Source: Balamuthia mandrillaris
Taxonomy: Eukaryota
DNA length: 64,000 bases
Direction: 5' to 3'
Assembly (NCBI GenBank): GCA_031835245.2
Contig: JAVKOQ020000026.1
Coordinates: forward strand, 1 to 64,000
Both the position numbers and the translations under genes were made by a program. Position 1 is the first letter of the stretch; each line of letters begins with the position of its first letter. The notes beneath the pieces were generated by a model. The model saw nothing but the letters and a program-made list of their open reading frames with translations. It made no database searches and was not told where the DNA came from. This document shows, piece by piece, positions 59,007-64,000 of the stretch.

Positions 59007-59893
59007 GAGTTTGGGTGAGTGCGCGCGTGTGTGTATGTGCTTTTGATTGTTTTTTTTTTTTTGAGAAAAACTTCCTTTGGGGCGGCAGTGTTGTCTGCTT
59101 TGCGTGTGTGAAAAAAACGTGGAAGGGAAGAATACGTGCTTTTTCATTTTTCCGGCGCCGGAGCATTTTTTGATTGGTAGATACCAACTCCGTTTTTCCG
59201 ATTCAGTAGGATTTCCGAACAGTCCCTGCTTTGTTGTCGACATAAGACCCCATTATTTTGTTGTATGTAGAAATTTCGATTTTTGATTGGCTTTTTGAAT
59301 TTTTTTTTTCAAACCAAAGTGGTGCATTTCTCAGTGTTCCCCGCGGTTGCAGTTATTTTTTTTTACAATGGTGTTTGACGCTCATCGGTGGGGCGTTAGG
59401 TGCTGGAATCGGCATCCGGCTTTATGCTTGCTAGCATTTACATTGCTTTTGGGGGTTGAACGCACATGTAGCGGTGCCTCTCTCCAAATCGACCATTGTG
59501 GGCATTGCTCTGGGCGGCTATGTCGTCACTTGCCGAATTAGGCGTCCTGTTGGTGATCGACTTCTCCTCTACTACCGTTAAGTCCTTGCCAGGGATGGCC
59601 TAGCTGATGGTGTGTTCAGCTTCTATGAAAGAGACTAGCCGGGAGGGTTACTCACCGGACAAATTAAGCCTTTGTGTCCTGGACGTGAATGGCTGGCTTG
59701 TGTCTAATTTATTTGTTGTTTTGTTATCCACCCCAAAACGAAAAACATAAAAACACTTGCAGTTCTTCAAAAGATGAAACCCACAAAGCAAAAGTCGTTG
59801 AAACAAGAACTATCGGCCATCACAGACGCAAGAAACGGTATTCCTTCGTTGCAAATAACAGTTGAAATGAAAAAGTACAGTCTATGAAGAAGC

Positions 59894-60550
59894 ATGACTG
59901 ACAGAGCGTCCTCTTCTTCCATTACCAAAGGCACACCGAGTGACCATTTGCGGTGTGCGGAAACGCTTCAAAAGATAGTGGGCAACATATTGGCTAACCC
60001 TTTCGACCCAAAGTACCGCACCATACGCACCAGTGCTGCGCCTTTCCAGAAACACGTGGCACCCTTTCCTTCTGCCCTCAACTTTCTGCGTTCTGTTGGT
60101 TTTGTTACAAGGGTACCCCTGCTATCCCCCGTTCTCTTTGTTATCTTGTACTCTTTGCTTCTGTTCTCATTTCACTTTTTTCCTACCTTTCTCCTTCTCT
60201 TCTATGCTTCACTTCTTCTCGTTCTTTTTTTCTTTCAACACTCTTCTTGCTCCTCTATTTGTTTTTTCTCACGTGCTCTCGTTCTCCTGTCCTCCCACTT
60301 TCTCTTCCATTCCCATCAACAGGTGGTGGAGTTTCGCCAAGTGATAACAATAGAAGGCGCAGATGACATAGCCTCCATCCAACAAAAACTTGAAGAGGCT
60401 CAACTAGTGTTAGCAGAGATGATCACTTCTTTTCACGAAAGGGATGAGCGACACAAGAAGGAAGAAGAGCGTCGGAAAAACGAGGACGAGGTCGAAAGAC
60501 AGAGAATCCTTCAAATCATTGAAGACAACAAACAACGAAGAAAAGGATGA
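59894..60550 (+). CDS. PUB-domain protein, 2 exons
   Basis: TLQKIVGNILANPFDPKYRTIR..FLRSVGF. Confidence 0.85.
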   Translation: MTDRASSSSITKGTPSDHLRCAETLQKIVGNILANPFDPKYRTIRTSAAPFQKHVAPFPSALNFLRSVGFVTRVPLLSPVLFVILYSLLLFSFHFFPTFLLLFYASLLLVLFFFQHSSCSSICFFSRALVLLSSHFLFHSHQQVVEFRQVITIEGADDIASIQQKLEEAQLVLAEMITSFHERDERHKKEEERRKNEDEVERQRILQIIEDNKQRRKG

Positions 60551-60635
60551 AAGAGCAGAAGAGTAAATAAAGAAAAAGACTTATTCACAAAACTAACCCA
60601 AAATAAACCTGTTTCGTTGTTATGTGTTCCTGTTC

Positions 60636-61875
60636 TCATTCACAGCCACATCCCTTCTTGCCAGCTCTGTTGTTGGCAGCGCCTCCCTCTGGACCACGAC
60701 CTAATTGCACTTTGCCGCCACCACCGCCACCGCTTCTGGATGGAGGAGCAGTGCTGCCGCTCGTTTTGGCTTCTTGTTTGATAAGTTCCCGGGCTAAAGC
60801 CTCAAAAGCTTTTTGTTGAAATACCAAGATGGAAATAAAGGATGAGTTAGGATGCAACTGGCCATACAACGAACAAAAACAAATGAAAAGAAGAACGAAG
60901 AACGAAGAATGAATGGAGAATGAATAAGACTAAAAGAAAGCAGAACAAATAAATACCTTCATGGACACCAGTGCCATCTTTAGCAGATGTTTCAAGAAAG
61001 AGGGCATTTACGCTCTCTGCCAGTTTCTTTCCGTCCCGAGGAGATACCACTCGTTTACCTTCCAGATCCGTCTTTGTGCCGACAAAGAGCTTGACAGCGG
61101 TGGCCTCGGCCTTGGTGTCGATCTCGGGCGCCCACAGGGTGCTCACACTGTTGAAGGTGCCTTGGTCGGTGACGTCGTAGACGACGATCACGCCTTTTGC
61201 TCCTCGATAGTAACTGCTGGTGATGGTACGGAACCTCTCTTGTCCTATAGTACCAAGAAGAAAAGTACAAGGATAGAAGAGAGAAAGCGAGAATAGGAGG
61301 AAGACATTCGGGGTGAGCGAAATGCAAATGCAGTGGCGAGAGCAGAAAAGAAGCAGAGAGAGAGAGAGAGAGAGAGAGAAACGAAAGAGGAGGATAAGGA
61401 ACCAGCAGTGTCCCAAATTTGCAGCTTAACAGTCTTGCCGTCCACTTGAATGGTTTTAATCTTAAAGTCAACACCGATGGTGCTTATGTAGGATTCCGTG
61501 AATACGTCATCCTTTTATGGCACACCGGTTAATCATGTTCGAAAAAGTTCAGGCAAAAAAAGTGTTTGGGAGTACCGTAAACTTCAGCATCAAGCTGGTC
61601 TTGCCAACGCCGCTGTCCCCAATGATGAGCAGCTTGAACATATAATCTGTCGACCTATCGTTGGACACAACACCCACACACTTTGAATCAAACACCCACC
61701 CGTACACAAGGAAAGAAGAACGATGCCACAGGTCTGTACGTACTCTCTGTCTTGCATTCTTTTCTCTCTTGTTGGCAACCACTACCTGAATTGGCGGTAT
61801 TAATATTGCCACTACGGCCGCCCCCTGTGCTTATTGCTCCTTCTGCTGCCGCTACTCTTTTTTTTTTTCAGACAT
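60636..61875 (-). CDS. Rab1/Ypt1-like GTPase, multi-exon; start uncertain (homopolymer near 61860)
   Basis: [53 protein letters not shown]-terminal GCGCE. Confidence 0.9.
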
Positions 61876-62170
61876 ACACCGATTTTTTGCGGACATGCCT
61901 GAAAACTAAAAAACCAAACATACGTAAGCTTTCCTAGGAAAGGTGAAAAGTGACATCATCATTTCCCTCTTTTTCTCCGAAACTTCGAGCTTCGGAGAAA
62001 AAGAGTGACTTGGAGACTCGAAGTGGGCCGAGAAGCAAGAGAGCAAAGATGACCAAAAACCCAAGTGCTTTACTTCCGCCGCGGACGCTTTTGTGTTTGT
62101 GAGTAACAAAGAAAGAAATAGCGTTATCTTAATCCAAGGGTGAACGCCTGGGAAAACTTTTTAACAAACA

Positions 62171-62880
62171 ATGAAACGGTCGCTCCCCGTCTCACACGCC
62201 CTGGCCGAAAAGAAGCTTCCCGTGGTGGTTCGCATCCAACGCAAGGACGGCAGGGTGGTGCAGGACTGCGACGTCTACATCGGCCGGGCCTGCTACCGGG
62301 GCGGCTGGAGCCTGCCCCAAAGCAAGTGGTACAACCCGTTCACCGCCAAGAAGTGCGGCTCGGTGGGGGGCTGCGTGCAGCGGTTCGAGGAGTATGCCAG
62401 GGCGTCCCCGGAGCTAATGGGGGCTTTGGGGGAGTTGGTGGGGAAACGGCTGGGCTGTTGGTGCAAAACCACACCCTCCAAACCTTGTCATGGTAGGTTT
62501 AGGCTCTTTGTCCTTCTCCTATTGCCTTCTTCGTGTTTTTGGTTTGTTTTCCTTACTTTATTTTTTTAAAAAAAAAACCAGGAGACGTGCTTGTGAAACT
62601 GGTGAGAGAAATGCTGGAGGAAGCAGAAGCACCCAACCAAAAGGAAGAAGAGCAGAAGCAGGAGGGAGAGAAAACGGAAGAAGGAGAAACCCCAAAGGCG
62701 AAACAGGGGCCAACAACGAAAAAGAGAAAGGTACAAGAGCATGAAGGTGCAGAAGACAAGCAAGAGACGAAAGCCCCCGCCGCAACCATCCCCAGGGGAG
62801 AGAAGCAAACGAAAAGAGAGGAAAAGGAGAAGGAAAGAAGGATGAAGAAAAGATTTCAAGGAAGCACCAAGATGGAATGA
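62171..62880 (+). CDS. DUF4326-domain protein, 2 exons
   Basis: DCDVYIGR..SKWYNPF..LVGKRLGCWCK..PCHGDVL. Confidence 0.85.
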
Positions 62881-63536
62881 ACTGCTGTCAGGTGACTTTT
62901 TGTTGTTCTGTATTGGTTGTATTGGGGGAGACGTATTGTATTGATGCCCCGACCCGACCCGAAGCGCGACAATGAGGGTGACATCAGCCGTACCTCCCCT
63001 TTTGGAGGGCGGAACATAGGAGAAACTCCAGCGGGATCAGTGCAACGAAAACGGGCAAATCACGTCCAATTTAACCCAAGAAAAAAAAAACTTGTCCCTT
63101 CCTTGGCTACTTTGTTTTTTTTTTTTCGTTGTCGTGAAAGAAAGCAAGCAAGCATAGCAAGGCCAGCGGTAGTGGCCTTACAGGAAAGCCTTTTTTTTTT
63201 TGCTTGCTTGGCTTCTTTTTGTGATTCGGGTTGTTGTTCTCTATCTCTCTCTATCGATCTTTTTTTTTTTTCAACAAACCCCCCGCGCTTTGGTTGAATG
63301 CATTTGTACGTCGCGAACAGCCAAAGGAATCCTTAGCATCCCTCCCCCTGCGACCTATCTCTCTTTCGTCTTTTCAACCCTCACTACCGAGAGAGAGGGA
63401 GAGAGATCCAGTGTTACTCTTCTTTTTTTTTCCCCTACCTCCGTTTCGAACAACAAAAAGTCCGTCAATCTTTTCTCGTACTACCTTTTTTTTTTCTTTG
63501 CCTTCTGCCTTCTTCCTTCTTCTTTCGATCGCCGCT

Positions 63537-63859
63537 ATGAAACATCTCCCAAGAAAGCGCAAAGAATGGAAGGTCCACGAACGCTTTGCTCTTGATCAAG
63601 AAGAGCTGCTCTTAGAAAGTACTCTTCTCTCTCTCTCTCTCTCTCTCTCTCGTTCATTTAAAAAAAAGGCTCACGTGAATCAAAAAAACGAAGCGTTTGC
63701 TTGTACTCTCGGATGGCACATTCCTTCTCGCCTAGGCAACATGTTTCTTTTGGAGCATCATCTTTGCTTCTACTCCAAGATTCTGCAAAACAAGACGCAG
63801 GTTCTCTCTCGTCTATCGCCTCTCTTTCATCTCTCCCATCGCATCTCTCTTTCTCTCTT

Positions 63860-63893
<34 letters not shown>

Positions 63894-64000
63894 CTCTGTC
63901 CGTCTCTCTCCTTTCTCTTTCTCATTGTTTTTGTATAAAAGCGAAAAGTACGGTTAGAGGACATCACCGAGATTAGAAAAGTGCACGGCGGCGTTCGTGG
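63537..64000 (+). CDS. GRAM-domain protein, 5' part (runs off the window)
   Basis: HERFAL..EELL..FACTL..GNMFLLEHHLCFYSKI. Confidence 0.7.

Noticed and set aside
59640..59655. Telomerase-template-like TAACCCT on the minus strand
   Set aside because: Only about 7 nt match, expected by chance; no supporting structure identified.

Overview
Gene-dense, intron-rich eukaryotic DNA with microsatellite-laden introns. Style and gene content suggest a free-living amoebozoan such as Balamuthia or Acanthamoeba (inference only). About 22 host genes are recognisable: trehalose-6-P phosphatase, a ~14 kb HECT E3 ligase, AAMP/SQT1, an Rpp21/RMP24-like protein, TCAIM, OXA1, ARP4, a metallothionein, a SnoaL-like protein, TAF1B/RRN7, a RanBP2-ZnF/PB1 protein, a sulfotransferase-like protein, UQCC1/CBP3, PFDN4, guanylate kinase, an F-box-Rab fusion, an SR protein, a PUB protein, a Rab1-like GTPase, a DUF4326 protein and a GRAM protein. 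RNA genes are an RNase MRP RNA and two copies of a tRNA-shaped gene with a non-standard anticodon arm. Three mobile elements are present. (1) An intronless IS607-type element with a serine recombinase (TnpA) overlapping a Fanzor2/TnpB RNA-guided nuclease. (2) A ~3.4 kb insert bounded by a 14-bp direct repeat, encoding a RAG1/Transib-like DDE transposase with an upstream zinc-finger module and a convergent unknown ORF; this is the best candidate for an undescribed system. (3) A degenerate Tc1/IS630 element with TIRs. Spans of multi-exon genes include introns and are approximate. At least two single-base frameshifts look like assembly errors.
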